64,000 bases of DNA. Origin: Candidatus Hadarchaeota archaeon. GTDB taxonomy: Archaea > Hadarchaeota > Hadarchaeia > Hadarchaeales > Hadarchaeaceae. Location of the stretch: positions 49,683-113,682 of the forward strand of contig CAYFIY010000001.1 in assembly GCA_964343275.1 (NCBI GenBank), given 5' to 3'. Every line of letters begins with the position of its first letter. Positions within the stretch are counted from its first letter, which is position 1. The translations under genes and the position numbers were made by a program. Positions 1 through 8,758 of the stretch are shown here, piece after piece. The notes under the pieces are model-generated. The model saw only the letters and a program-made list of their open reading frames with translations. It was not told the DNA's origin and did no database searches.

Positions 1-291
1 AAGCTGTCGGACACTCCCCTAGCGAAGATGAAAATTATCGCGCCCAGACTAAGGAACAGCTGAGGCATCAGGAAAACAGCGACGACACTGATGGCAAAAT
101 AAACAATTGGATTCCACAGCTAAATATGAAAAGGAAATGAGACGCTAATGACTTGGCCGAGGTTCGAGAAAAAACAGACGTATCCTCTCCTCCTATTTAC
201 CAAAGGCGACACCGAGCACTCAACTGCCCACTACAATGAGCTAGAATACAGGGTACCAGTATTCCCCGCGCATCGTCCCGCCGGGCAGCTG

Positions 292-546
292 CTAACGGTA
301 CTTTCGCTCGTAATCGCGCTTAGCCACGCTTATAGTGCGGCCGAGATATCCGCGTTTAACGGAAGTATTCGGCTCGGTGATCTTAGGGTGATGGTTCGGA
401 CGTTTAAATGATAAATTTTGCTCCAGTGTGCTGATTCTCCTCTCTAAATCCAAGACGCGGGCCTTGAGCAATTTCAACTGTTCGTCTACTGACAAAGATT
501 GATAATCCCTTTTTTCCATATGCATCACAACAAATTTTCTTTTCAC
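292..546 (-). CDS. hypothetical small coiled-coil protein (84 aa); weak call, overlaps a + strand ORF at 148-411
   Basis: ORF with a heptad-like LKLLKARVLDLERRISTLEQNL segment; no recognisable family. Confidence 0.2.
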   Translation of the reverse strand: MKRKFVVMHMEKRDYQSLSVDEQLKLLKARVLDLERRISTLEQNLSFKRPNHHPKITEPNTSVKRGYLGRTISVAKRDYERKYR

Positions 547-616
547 GCTATAAATATTTGCAGCTTTTCCCAGGTTGCATAACAGTTTTTTGGCATTAGG
601 GTCAAACCCTAACTGG

Positions 617-704
617 GCCGCCGTAGCTCAGTGGTGGAGCGATCGCTTCGTAACTACGGCGAAATAGCGATATGTCGTGGGTTCAATCCCCACCGGCGGC
701 TCCA
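617..704 (+). tRNA. tRNA-Thr(CGU) with a 13-nt canonical intron (653-665) between positions 37 and 38; CCA encoded
   Basis: Hand fold: acceptor GCCGCCG/CGGCGGC, D-stem GCTC/GAGC, anticodon stem ATCGC/GCGAT, loop TTCGTA|intron ACTACGGCGAAAT|A, T-arm GTGGG-TTCAATC-CCCAC, discriminator T then CCA. The anticodon CGT pairs with intron ACG, as in a bulge-helix-bulge (BHB) splice motif. Confidence 0.8.
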
Positions 705-721
705 TCCCCATATTTTGTTAA

Positions 722-1531
722 TCAGAAAGCCGTTTCGCAATTTACTCCAAGCTCTCTACAGAGGGATTTAATTTTGGAATCCGTATTTTGCCAAAACTTA
801 CCTTCCCGGATGATACCCGGTAACCGATCCACCAAGCTTGGTTTTTCCTTTTCCAGCTCCGGTTTTAGTCGTTCCATCACATACTCTTTTAAGTTGAGCT
901 TATCGTAGATAACTTTGCTCTTGGTTGAGGCAGCGACTCTGATGATTCGTTTCAAACTATCTTCATCATCGTTGATTTCTGGGATGATTGGCCCTAAGAA
1001 TACCCATGTTTCAACTCCCCGCCCAGAAAATTCTTCCAGAACTTGGGCGCGGGCATCTGGCGGCGGCGCATTGGGCTCAAGCCTACTCGATAATCTAGGG
1101 TCCATTGTGGTTATTGTCACTCCGAGGTCGAATTTTTTAGGCACAATCAAATCAGCATCGCGGGCAACCAAACTTGATTTAGTTTGAATCGACACCAGAA
1201 AATAACTTTTTGATAAGACCTCAAGACACCTTCTAGTAAGTTCCATCTTGGCTTCCAGTGGTTGATATGGGTCGGTCACTGTGCTCACTCCCACTATACC
1301 CTTTGGTTTGCGTTTTATTTCCTGGGCCAGAACCTCGGCGATGTTATGCTTAGCGCGTACGAATTTACCCCAGTCCAGCGCGAGCTGGGGGTTGTGAAGA
1401 ATGGAAGGTGAATAACAATAGCCGCAACTGTGCTGGCAACCGATGTATGGGTTTAGCGAATATTTTAATCCAGGCAGTCTGCTTGGGGAGAGTGCAGTTT
1501 TGCAGGTTACGGATGAATATTTCGCGGTCAT
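722..1531 (-). CDS. radical SAM protein, spore-photoproduct-lyase-like (SplB/COG1533 family)
   Basis: N-terminal NPYIGCQHSCGYCY, which is the CX3CX2C radical SAM motif in the SPL-family context; 4-bp start/stop overlap with the upstream NreA-like gene. Confidence 0.65.
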   Translation of the reverse strand: MTAKYSSVTCKTALSPSRLPGLKYSLNPYIGCQHSCGYCYSPSILHNPQLALDWGKFVRAKHNIAEVLAQEIKRKPKGIVGVSTVTDPYQPLEAKMELTRRCLEVLSKSYFLVSIQTKSSLVARDADLIVPKKFDLGVTITTMDPRLSSRLEPNAPPPDARAQVLEEFSGRGVETWVFLGPIIPEINDDEDSLKRIIRVAASTKSKVIYDKLNLKEYVMERLKPELEKEKPSLVDRLPGIIREGKFWQNTDSKIKSLCRELGVNCETAF

Positions 1532-2853
1532 TTGGTGAACTCCGTTATCTTTCGCTGGAAGAGGGCTTGTTTTAGCAGCTCACTTCTCCCGATCCAGTGT
1601 TTGATCGGGATAGTGAGTTTTTTCATGGCGTGTAAAAATGCGGCCTGGAAATTGTCGAATTTATGTGACTCAATTTTTAACATGTTGCGAATACTTTCTC
1701 TCACGTTCCATACTCCTACAGGTAAGATATAACCTGGATGGATTTCGCGCAGGACTAGCGCGGACGCCTGTCTATCCTGTTGGTTCAATTTCTCCGCAAC
1801 CGCTAGCCTGCATGAATAGTAGCACCCACCCACATCAGGGTAGGTATTTCTACCCCAGTATGTCTCGAAGTCTCCCATCATCGCCGGTCTGACAGCTCTT
1901 TCATCCGGATTCCAGGTGGTTCCCGGAAACCACGCCTCTATCCACTCGAAACTCCAGCGCTCTGGCATCAAGATTGCGACGTAATAGTTGTCTAGGTATC
2001 CAAAGGAGTGGACACGGTATTCATCAATGGTCTCTTTCTGTTTTATCCGATTGATAAGATTTTGCGATAGAATCGTATCTATAGCGGTTATGCTCCACCG
2101 AGTTGGCACTAATCTTCTTTTCTTGGAAATGCCGAACATACCCAGGCTGAACGCCCGCTGTATCCTACTAACTAAAGCTCCTCCGTCGTAGAGGTTCACA
2201 ACTGCGTTAGATGCCTTTAAATCACGGTCATAAAAGGCGTTCTCTATCTTGTGGTCGACAGATATGTCCGACGCTTTAAATGACCTAAGTTGAGCGGAAG
2301 GGCCAAACGGACTGATGTCGCCTCCCAAAGTTAGAGTTCCTCGAGGTACTTTGGACAGGGTTATTTCTGCATCCACGGGACGCTTGCCGAGAGCCAATTC
2401 TTGAAGAGATTCTAGTAGTCTAGTACCCGATTGGGCATCGTGTATGCTCGCTGGCGCTTTTCCTCGAATTAGTGAAAACCTATAGTCGACTATTTCTTTA
2501 ATTTCCTTTCCCATCCAGAGCTCGGGGGTGTCGAGAATTCCAGTTTTTCCGCTGAAGGGCGGGACCATGGGGCCGATGGATACTTTTGGATATCCTCTTC
2601 GACCCACAAAAACTCCTGGCGGGGTTGAGCCAGAAATATGTGGAGACGTTATGCGCATATTAGTTCGAGCGAGCGACTGAGCCTTGACTATTAGTGGACA
2701 GCTCATCTTCCCGCAAAGCATCCGTCCTCCTTTACAGAGAAGGCAGATTGAGCCGGAAGGGGCTTTGTCTTGTATTTCCCTGTATCTAGAAAGTTCGCTA
2801 GCTTGTCCAGGCGTAATTACCTCGCTTAACCACCTAATACGCGGAGATAGCAT
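1528..2853 (-). CDS. NreA-like archaeal DNA repair protein (Nre_N/Nre_C, DUF650/DUF651 family), tentative
   Basis: 441 aa; N-terminal Cys cluster CLLCKGGRMLCGKMSCP typical of Nre N-terminal domains; family assignment from memory of motif only. Confidence 0.45.
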   Translation of the reverse strand: MLSPRIRWLSEVITPGQASELSRYREIQDKAPSGSICLLCKGGRMLCGKMSCPLIVKAQSLARTNMRITSPHISGSTPPGVFVGRRGYPKVSIGPMVPPFSGKTGILDTPELWMGKEIKEIVDYRFSLIRGKAPASIHDAQSGTRLLESLQELALGKRPVDAEITLSKVPRGTLTLGGDISPFGPSAQLRSFKASDISVDHKIENAFYDRDLKASNAVVNLYDGGALVSRIQRAFSLGMFGISKKRRLVPTRWSITAIDTILSQNLINRIKQKETIDEYRVHSFGYLDNYYVAILMPERWSFEWIEAWFPGTTWNPDERAVRPAMMGDFETYWGRNTYPDVGGCYYSCRLAVAEKLNQQDRQASALVLREIHPGYILPVGVWNVRESIRNMLKIESHKFDNFQAAFLHAMKKLTIPIKHWIGRSELLKQALFQRKITEFTK

Positions 2854-2983
2854 GGTTGTCGGACCAATTATTATTTAATATCTCAACATATGAAAAATTT
2901 GTTTTCCTGCAGATAGTTATCCCTCCTTTTGTCCCCCCATAGAATATTTTATATGGAATAAATTAAGATTTACTAAATAGTAT

Positions 2984-3463
2984 TTGAGAGTTGGAATAGC
3001 TAACAATGGAGGTTTTAACATCCCAAAAATCGTCGTAATTTATGACAGCATATCTGGCAACACGGAGAAATTATCTCAGGCAATAGCAGAGGGCGCACGC
3101 GAAGTTCCAGGAATGGAAGCAGACCTGATTAATGCGGAGGAAATAAAACCTGAGGAAATAGCTGAAGCCGATGCGTTCGCCTTTGGTTCGCCATCTCATT
3201 TCAGCATCATGTCTGGAAAAATATTGACCATGTTCACGAATCTCTATCCCCTTAGGCATAAAATAGCCGAAAAACCTGCCTGCGTTGTCACCGCGGGTTG
3301 TGGTGGTCAGGTTACCGTTTTGGATAACATTGATAAAGTCCTGGGTTTGTTCAATCCAAGATTCGTAAAACCCGGGGTAGTGGTTGAGGGCACTCCAAAG
3401 GAATTTGATATAGAACAGGCTAAGAAATTAGGGAAGAAGCTAGCCGAGGCCATTGAAAAATAA
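2984..3463 (+). CDS. flavodoxin-like FMN-binding protein (NAD(P)H-dependent FMN reductase / WrbA-like)
   Basis: KIVVIYDSISGNTEKLSQAIAEGA flavodoxin phosphate-binding loop; about 160 aa. Confidence 0.7.
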   Translation: MRVGIANNGGFNIPKIVVIYDSISGNTEKLSQAIAEGAREVPGMEADLINAEEIKPEEIAEADAFAFGSPSHFSIMSGKILTMFTNLYPLRHKIAEKPACVVTAGCGGQVTVLDNIDKVLGLFNPRFVKPGVVVEGTPKEFDIEQAKKLGKKLAEAIEK

Positions 3464-3547
3464 ATTCATTTTGGTTATAATCCTCAGGACTTTTTTTAAA
3501 AGAAGAGAAGAAAATTTTTAATGTAAAAATGTTTTTCGGCGTTCAAC

Positions 3548-4549
3548 ATGTATGATTTTGAAGAGCCTGTGGTTAGTGATTTTCTGGAGAAAACAATGGC
3601 GAAGCGAGCTGCGATACAACTTCCGGCAGGACTTCGCAGATATTTGGTGGAGATTGAGTCTGTGTTCAAAGAGGTCGGCGTAGAAACAATCGTTTTAGCG
3701 GATAACTGCTATGGGGCATGCGACTTGGCGGATGGGGTGGCCAAAGAATTGGGCTGTGATGTCCTCATACATTACGGTCATGCTGATTTGGGATTGAAAC
3801 CAAGCTTACCCACATTATTCGTTGAGGCGCGTATTGGAAAAAGTCCAATCACCGCAATAGGTCTTAACCTACTCATGGTGAACTTCAAGCGCGTAGGTCT
3901 GGTCACCACGGTTCAGTATATCGGGCATCTCAGAGAGATATCGGAATTCCTCAGCTCTCGTGGGATTAAATCGATTGTTGGTAAACCTGGAAAACGAGCT
4001 AAATATCCAGGGCAAGTTCTCGGTTGCGATGTAAATTGCGCGAGGTCTATCGCCTCAGACGTAGATGGATTCATTTACGTCGGGACAGGAGAGTTCCATC
4101 CCCTAGGAGTGGCGATGGTTACTGGAAAGAAGGTATTGATTGTAAACCCACTATCTGAAGATTTTAGAATTATTGACCCAGATAATAGAAAGTTCTTGGG
4201 CAAGAGGAAGGCTGTGTTGGCAAAAGCAGCACTAGCTAAAAAATTTGGCGTAGTGGTCAGCACCAAGGCAGGTCAAGCGCGGTTCAGCGTGGCAAAAAAG
4301 TTGGTTGAAATGCTGAGGCAAAAGGGGATGGTGGCTTACCTTTTAGCCATGGATGAAATAACTCCTGATAAGATTGAAGACTTTGGGTTAGAAGCGTTCG
4401 TTTGTGTCGCATGTCCCCGCATCCCCATAGACGATTCTGAACGTTTTGAAAAACCATTGATGACTCCATTTGAAGTTATGGCCATGTTGGGGGAAGTACC
4501 ATTTGAGCCTTACAGGGTAGATGAGCTTGCCCCGAGGGAGTTAAGATAA
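3548..4549 (+). CDS. dph2: 2-(3-amino-3-carboxypropyl)histidine synthase Dph2 (diphthamide biosynthesis)
   Basis: Collinear similarity to archaeal Dph2 (GACD...LIHYGHADLG...PGQVLGCDV...GEFHPLG...VCVACPRIPIDD); three-Cys radical-SAM-like enzyme, 333 aa. Confidence 0.88.
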   Translation: MYDFEEPVVSDFLEKTMAKRAAIQLPAGLRRYLVEIESVFKEVGVETIVLADNCYGACDLADGVAKELGCDVLIHYGHADLGLKPSLPTLFVEARIGKSPITAIGLNLLMVNFKRVGLVTTVQYIGHLREISEFLSSRGIKSIVGKPGKRAKYPGQVLGCDVNCARSIASDVDGFIYVGTGEFHPLGVAMVTGKKVLIVNPLSEDFRIIDPDNRKFLGKRKAVLAKAALAKKFGVVVSTKAGQARFSVAKKLVEMLRQKGMVAYLLAMDEITPDKIEDFGLEAFVCVACPRIPIDDSERFEKPLMTPFEVMAMLGEVPFEPYRVDELAPRELR

Positions 4550-4572
4550 ATTGTTTAAATCAAGAGATATAT

Positions 4573-5166
4573 TTGGTGTGGGATAAAATGGCAGAAGTAA
4601 ACACAGGAGATTTTGTTGTGCCCGGGGATTTCCTAGCAACGGCAGAGGAGTTCGTGCCTGGCGACGGAGCTTATGAGGAGGATGGGAAAGTATACGTTGC
4701 AAATATGGGCGTTGTTTTGGTGGACGCCAGGACCAAGCATATTTCGGTGTTCTCCCGTACCCTCGGCGTACCAGTGTTGAAACGTGGTGATATCATAATA
4801 GGTAGAGTCGAGGATGTGAGAGAGCAGACTGCTAACGTATCTGTAGGAGCACTAAAGGGCAGGGAAGATCGTGAGCTACCTCCACCGAACAGGGGAACGA
4901 TACACATATCTCAGACCAGCAACAATTACGTGAAAGACTTAAGTGGGGAGTTTAGGGTAGGAGATATCGTTCGTGCAAAGGTTCTAAACGCCAACAGAGA
5001 ACCTGTTCAGCTGACCACAGCTGGGGATGATCTCGGAGTAATAGTGGCCTCTTGCTCGATGTGTAGGTCCCCACTGATTTGGCAGGATAATAAACTTGCT
5101 TGTCAAGAGTGTGGGAATGTGGAGTTCAGGAAAATGGCCAATGATTATCGAAAGGGAGTGCTCTGA
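4573..5166 (+). CDS. csl4: exosome complex RNA-binding protein Csl4 (S1 domain plus C-terminal Zn ribbon)
   Basis: N-terminal domain, S1 core (GDIIIGRVEDV), C-terminal CSMCRSPL...CQECG zinc ribbon; about 190 aa. Confidence 0.85.
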   Translation: MVWDKMAEVNTGDFVVPGDFLATAEEFVPGDGAYEEDGKVYVANMGVVLVDARTKHISVFSRTLGVPVLKRGDIIIGRVEDVREQTANVSVGALKGREDRELPPPNRGTIHISQTSNNYVKDLSGEFRVGDIVRAKVLNANREPVQLTTAGDDLGVIVASCSMCRSPLIWQDNKLACQECGNVEFRKMANDYRKGVL

Positions 5167-5216
5167 CGGCCAAGGCTAAGCGGGTTATCAATGTTCATGT
5201 AGGAGACTCTAAGAAA

Positions 5217-5366
5217 ATGTTGGATTTCATGAAGAAACTCGGGACTTTGAAAGCTGATTTGGAGGCTCAATCTAGACCAGGATCGGTCAGGATAGTCTTG
5301 CACGGGTCGGGTATGGAAGTTCAAGCCCTTGAGCTCAAAGTTAAAGAATTAATAAAAGCTAAATGA
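5217..5366 (+). CDS. unannotated small ORF (49 aa) between csl4 and rpoL; hypothetical
   Basis: ATG 5217, TGA 5364-5366; MLDFMKKLGTLKADLEAQSRPGSVRIVLHGSGMEVQALELKVKELIKAK; stop abuts the rpoL start; not in the supplied ORF track (under 60 aa). Confidence 0.3.
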   Translation: MLDFMKKLGTLKADLEAQSRPGSVRIVLHGSGMEVQALELKVKELIKAK

Positions 5367-5669
5367 GTGATATTATCCTCTGGTGTTGATATGGAGCTAG
5401 AGTTGGTAGAGAAAGGTGAGGACAGCATTTTAGTAAAAATAGATGGTGAAGATCACACATTTAGTAACCTTCTACGCGGGGAACTGAGCAAGGACGACAA
5501 CGTTGCCTCCGCGATATATACAATAGGACACCCAATAACCGAACCCGTAAAAATTTATGTGAAGGTTAAGAACAAGTCTCCAGAACGCGCTATAATCGAC
5601 GCCGCTGGACGGGTAGCGAAACAGTTGGAAGATCTCCAAAAGCAGCTACGGAAAGAGCTTAAAAAATAG
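5367..5669 (+). CDS. rpoL: DNA-directed RNA polymerase subunit L (Rpo11)
   Basis: EDHTFSNLLRGEL motif (EDHTLGNLL signature of RpoL/Rpb11); about 95 aa; true start probably the internal MELEL. Confidence 0.85.
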   Translation: MILSSGVDMELELVEKGEDSILVKIDGEDHTFSNLLRGELSKDDNVASAIYTIGHPITEPVKIYVKVKNKSPERAIIDAAGRVAKQLEDLQKQLRKELKK

Positions 5670-5694
5670 TAGCGATGTTTGCTTAGGGCTTCAG

Positions 5695-6300
5695 TTGCGA
5701 AGTGTTAGATTTTGGCAAATAAAGCCGGAAATTAGGATTCTAGGCTTGGACGATGGACCGTTCGAGGATGGGTTCGGCGTCAGGGTACCTTTGGTGGGCG
5801 CGGTATTCAGGGGGGGTCGGTGGCTTGATGGTGTATTGACTAGTTCCCTAGAAAAAGACGGTACTGATGTAACTGAGCGTGTAATCGAGATGGTGAGCAT
5901 GAGTCGTCATCGGGGACAGCTTAGGATATTGATGATGGACGGTGTAACTTTCGGCGGCTTTAACGTTTTGGATGTTAGGGAAGTATTCAAAAGGACAGGC
6001 TTACCAGCAATTGTTATTTCTCGGGAAATACCTAATATGGCCAAAATTAGGGAAGCCTTGAAAAATCTACCTGCTTGGCGAGATAGGTTGAAAATTATCT
6101 CGAGGACGGGCAAGATTTATCCCGTAAAAACGAAGGCTTTGGAAAGGCCAGTCTATATGCAATTGATAGGGGTAAAGCGAACGGATGCTGAAAGTGTGGT
6201 AAAATTAAGTTCGACTCAGAGCCTTGTTCCTGAGCCCTTAAGGGTCGCTCACTTGATCGCCACTGCGATTGTTAGAGGTGAGAGTTACGGTAGGGTCTAG
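5695..6300 (+). CDS. UPF0215/DUF99 family protein (endonuclease-V-like fold, COG1628)
   Basis: IRILGLDDGPF N-terminal motif characteristic of DUF99; about 190 aa archaeal protein. Confidence 0.55.
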   Translation: MRSVRFWQIKPEIRILGLDDGPFEDGFGVRVPLVGAVFRGGRWLDGVLTSSLEKDGTDVTERVIEMVSMSRHRGQLRILMMDGVTFGGFNVLDVREVFKRTGLPAIVISREIPNMAKIREALKNLPAWRDRLKIISRTGKIYPVKTKALERPVYMQLIGVKRTDAESVVKLSSTQSLVPEPLRVAHLIATAIVRGESYGRV

Positions 6301-6850
6301 GTCCAGAAAATTTAAACTGCGTGTGCAGTCTAGGAGGAAAATTGTCAAGGTTTTTAGGCACGATCGTGTACTGGATCCCTTAGAATTTATCTTGACGTTG
6401 GGAATCATCTACTTCTTTTTTAGCGGCGTAATGACGGCGGTTTTGGGAACGGATTCTTACTGGATGGCGGTGGTTTCACAAAGTATGAAACATGACGGCG
6501 ATGGGTGGCGAAGCTACTTCGTAAACAATGGTGTGAATTCTTCCAATTTTCCCGTTCAGGGTGGATTTGAACGCGGTGATTTACTAGTCGTTCAGGGTGT
6601 TGCCAAGTTTTCGGAGCTGAACATCGGTGATGTCGTGGTACTAGATCAGGGCGGTGACGTCATCCCACTTGTTCATCGTATCGTTGCATTTTGGGAAGAA
6701 TCAGGGTTGGCTCGCTTTATAACCAAGGGCGATGCTAACAGTTCTCCGCTTTTGATTGAGAGATCAAATATACCCGAACAAATCATCGGAAAGGTGGTCT
6801 TCGCAGTCCCAAAGATAGGTTACATTGGTCTGTGGTTTCAAGGGCAGTGA
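6269..6850 (+). CDS. signal peptidase I (archaeal Sec11-type)
   Basis: TM anchor [21 protein letters not shown] followed by [10 protein letters not shown] (Ser-Met catalytic box) and GDLLVV; exact start uncertain, since the track ORF overlaps the DUF99 3' end. Confidence 0.7.
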   Translation: MLEVRVTVGSRSRKFKLRVQSRRKIVKVFRHDRVLDPLEFILTLGIIYFFFSGVMTAVLGTDSYWMAVVSQSMKHDGDGWRSYFVNNGVNSSNFPVQGGFERGDLLVVQGVAKFSELNIGDVVVLDQGGDVIPLVHRIVAFWEESGLARFITKGDANSSPLLIERSNIPEQIIGKVVFAVPKIGYIGLWFQGQ

Positions 6851-7244
6851 GGAGATGAAGAAACCCGATCTTGTCGTCGATGTAGTTGTCAAGGTCTTAG
6901 GAGGAGTCGTTTTAGTTAGAAGGAGAAATGACCCTTACTGTGGAAAATGGGCTTTACCAGGCGGATTTGTCAATTATGGGGAAAGGGTGGAAGCCGCGGC
7001 CGTAAGAGAAGCCAGAGAGGAGACGGGGATCAAGGTAAAATTATGTGAGCTGTTGGGGGTTTATTCGGGCCCAAATCGCGATCCCAGAGGACATGTCATC
7101 AGCGTGTGTTTTTTGGGAAAGAGACTGGGGGGAAGGCCAAAAGCTGCCAGCGATGCCAAGGAGATAAAAATATTCAAGGAGATTCCATGGAAGGAGATGG
7201 CGTTTGACCACGCGAAGATTTTAAAAGATGCAGGATTCCAGTGA
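6825..7244 (+). CDS. NUDIX hydrolase
   Basis: Nudix box [24 protein letters not shown]; likely start at MKKPDLVV (6855). Confidence 0.85.
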   Translation: MVCGFKGSEEMKKPDLVVDVVVKVLGGVVLVRRRNDPYCGKWALPGGFVNYGERVEAAAVREAREETGIKVKLCELLGVYSGPNRDPRGHVISVCFLGKRLGGRPKAASDAKEIKIFKEIPWKEMAFDHAKILKDAGFQ

Positions 7245-7572
7245 GCTTATGCAATTTTGTCCAAAGTGTGGGAGACTAATGCTCCCAAAGAAAAGCGAGA
7301 AGGAGGTAATTTTGAAATGTAGCTCATGCGGCCATACAGTAAAAAATGAAAAAATGGATGGATATAAAGTGGTCAAGAAGGCGAAGCGCGATGAGGAAAT
7401 AACGCTTTTGGAAGATAATATATCGACTTTACCCACCACTCGGGTCCGCTGCCCGAGTTGCGAAAATGACAAAGCATACTGGTGGTTAAGGCAGACCCGC
7501 TCAGCGGATGAACCAACGACACGCTTTTACCGTTGCGTGAAGTGTGGAAAGGTATGGAGGGAGTACGCCTAG
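7228..7572 (+). CDS. tfs: transcription factor S (TFS; RNA polymerase subunit M-like, TFIIS-type Zn ribbon)
   Basis: N-terminal CPKCG...CSSCG ribbon and C-terminal [39 protein letters not shown] zinc ribbon. Confidence 0.88.
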   Translation: MQDSSELMQFCPKCGRLMLPKKSEKEVILKCSSCGHTVKNEKMDGYKVVKKAKRDEEITLLEDNISTLPTTRVRCPSCENDKAYWWLRQTRSADEPTTRFYRCVKCGKVWREYA

Positions 7573-7582
7573 GTGATCTGAA

Positions 7583-7927
7583 GTGGAAGAAATTCAACAT
7601 CGAAGAGCGCCAGCCCGACCGCGAATAATTTCGGAAATAAAAATAGGCGATGAGCGGGTGAAGATTGTGGGCTTGGTGGTGGACAAGAGAGATACCGAGT
7701 TTACCCTAGATGATGGTTCTGGGCGTCTAATTGTGGTTTTTGATGACCCTGCCCTCGCCGAAACTGTCGATATGGGCGCCAAAGTGAGAGTTATTGGGAC
7801 TCCTTTAAGCGTGGCGGGTACTAACGAATTGTATGCCGAAATATCTCAGAGAGTTGATGGATTGGATTTAAATCTGTACAGTGAAGTTAGGCGCGAGGCT
7901 GAGAAACTGGAGCATGAACTCAGGTGA
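7583..7927 (+). CDS. small OB-fold nucleic-acid-binding protein (RPA-like single OB domain)
   Basis: ISEIKIGDERVKIVGLVVDK...GSGRLIVVFDD pattern of an anticodon-binding/RPA-type OB fold; 114 aa. Confidence 0.5.
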   Translation: MEEIQHRRAPARPRIISEIKIGDERVKIVGLVVDKRDTEFTLDDGSGRLIVVFDDPALAETVDMGAKVRVIGTPLSVAGTNELYAEISQRVDGLDLNLYSEVRREAEKLEHELR

Positions 7928-7933
7928 TGAACT

Positions 7934-8689
7934 ATGGTAAGCGCTAAGATGGCGGATTCAAAGGTATGGAAGACATGTATTGGGACGATGGTAAATCTCA
8001 TCGAAGAAGGGGCATTCAAGTTCACCTCAGACGGTGTGAGGATGAAGGCGATGGACCCTTCGCATGTCGCACTAGTTGACTTCGAGCTCCCAGCAGCAGC
8101 GTTCACGGAGTATAACTTCAAACAACCAGTGACGCTGGGGCTTAATCTGGCCGAAATGAACAAGGTAGTTTACCGGGCAAAGGCTGAGGATGAACTGATC
8201 CTTGAACTCGATGAAAATATTCATCGGCTTGCTATTATGTTCAAGGGCACTTCCACAAGAAGATTGAGCTTACCACTCATCGATGTTCGTGAGGCCGAAT
8301 TACCGGAGCCAAAGATTCAGTTTACAGCCACAGCTGATATTTTGGCTGGTGTTATCCAAGATGGGCTTAGAGATGCCGAACTGATAAGTGATAATGTCAG
8401 GTTTGAACTCAATGAGAATGGATTTTACGTCTCGGCCGTAGGGGACAAGGGAACTACCGAGCTTAAACTCGATAAAGGAGATAAGGGTCTTGTAAATCTC
8501 AGTGTTAAGGATCCAGCTCAAGCCATGTTTAACCTTAACTATTTGACGGATATGACGAAGGCTGCAACCTCTGCCGATGTGATAAAAATAAACTTGGGCA
8601 CCAACCTCCCCATCCAACTAGACTTTCCCATCGCCGAGGGAAAGGGGAAACTTCTATTCCTGCTGGCACCGCGGATTGAGTCTGAATAG
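7934..8689 (+). CDS. pcn: DNA polymerase sliding clamp PCNA
   Basis: About 245 aa, two-domain PCNA profile (VDPSHVALVDFELP..., interdomain linker, C-terminal LAPRIE). Confidence 0.88.
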   Translation: MVSAKMADSKVWKTCIGTMVNLIEEGAFKFTSDGVRMKAMDPSHVALVDFELPAAAFTEYNFKQPVTLGLNLAEMNKVVYRAKAEDELILELDENIHRLAIMFKGTSTRRLSLPLIDVREAELPEPKIQFTATADILAGVIQDGLRDAELISDNVRFELNENGFYVSAVGDKGTTELKLDKGDKGLVNLSVKDPAQAMFNLNYLTDMTKAATSADVIKINLGTNLPIQLDFPIAEGKGKLLFLLAPRIESE

Positions 8690-8758
8690 GCTCTAACTAG
8701 AAATAGTTAAATCAGAAGCCGCCAAATAGATCTATATAATTAGTTTGGTGGGCTGAAC

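Noticed and set aside
148-411. Plus-strand 87-aa ORF at the window start and numerous antisense shadow ORFs inside ileS, rpa, cdc48 and gatA
   Set aside because: Low-complexity, Ser/Pro/Arg-rich translations embedded in strongly supported genes on the opposite strand; typical GC-skewed shadow ORFs
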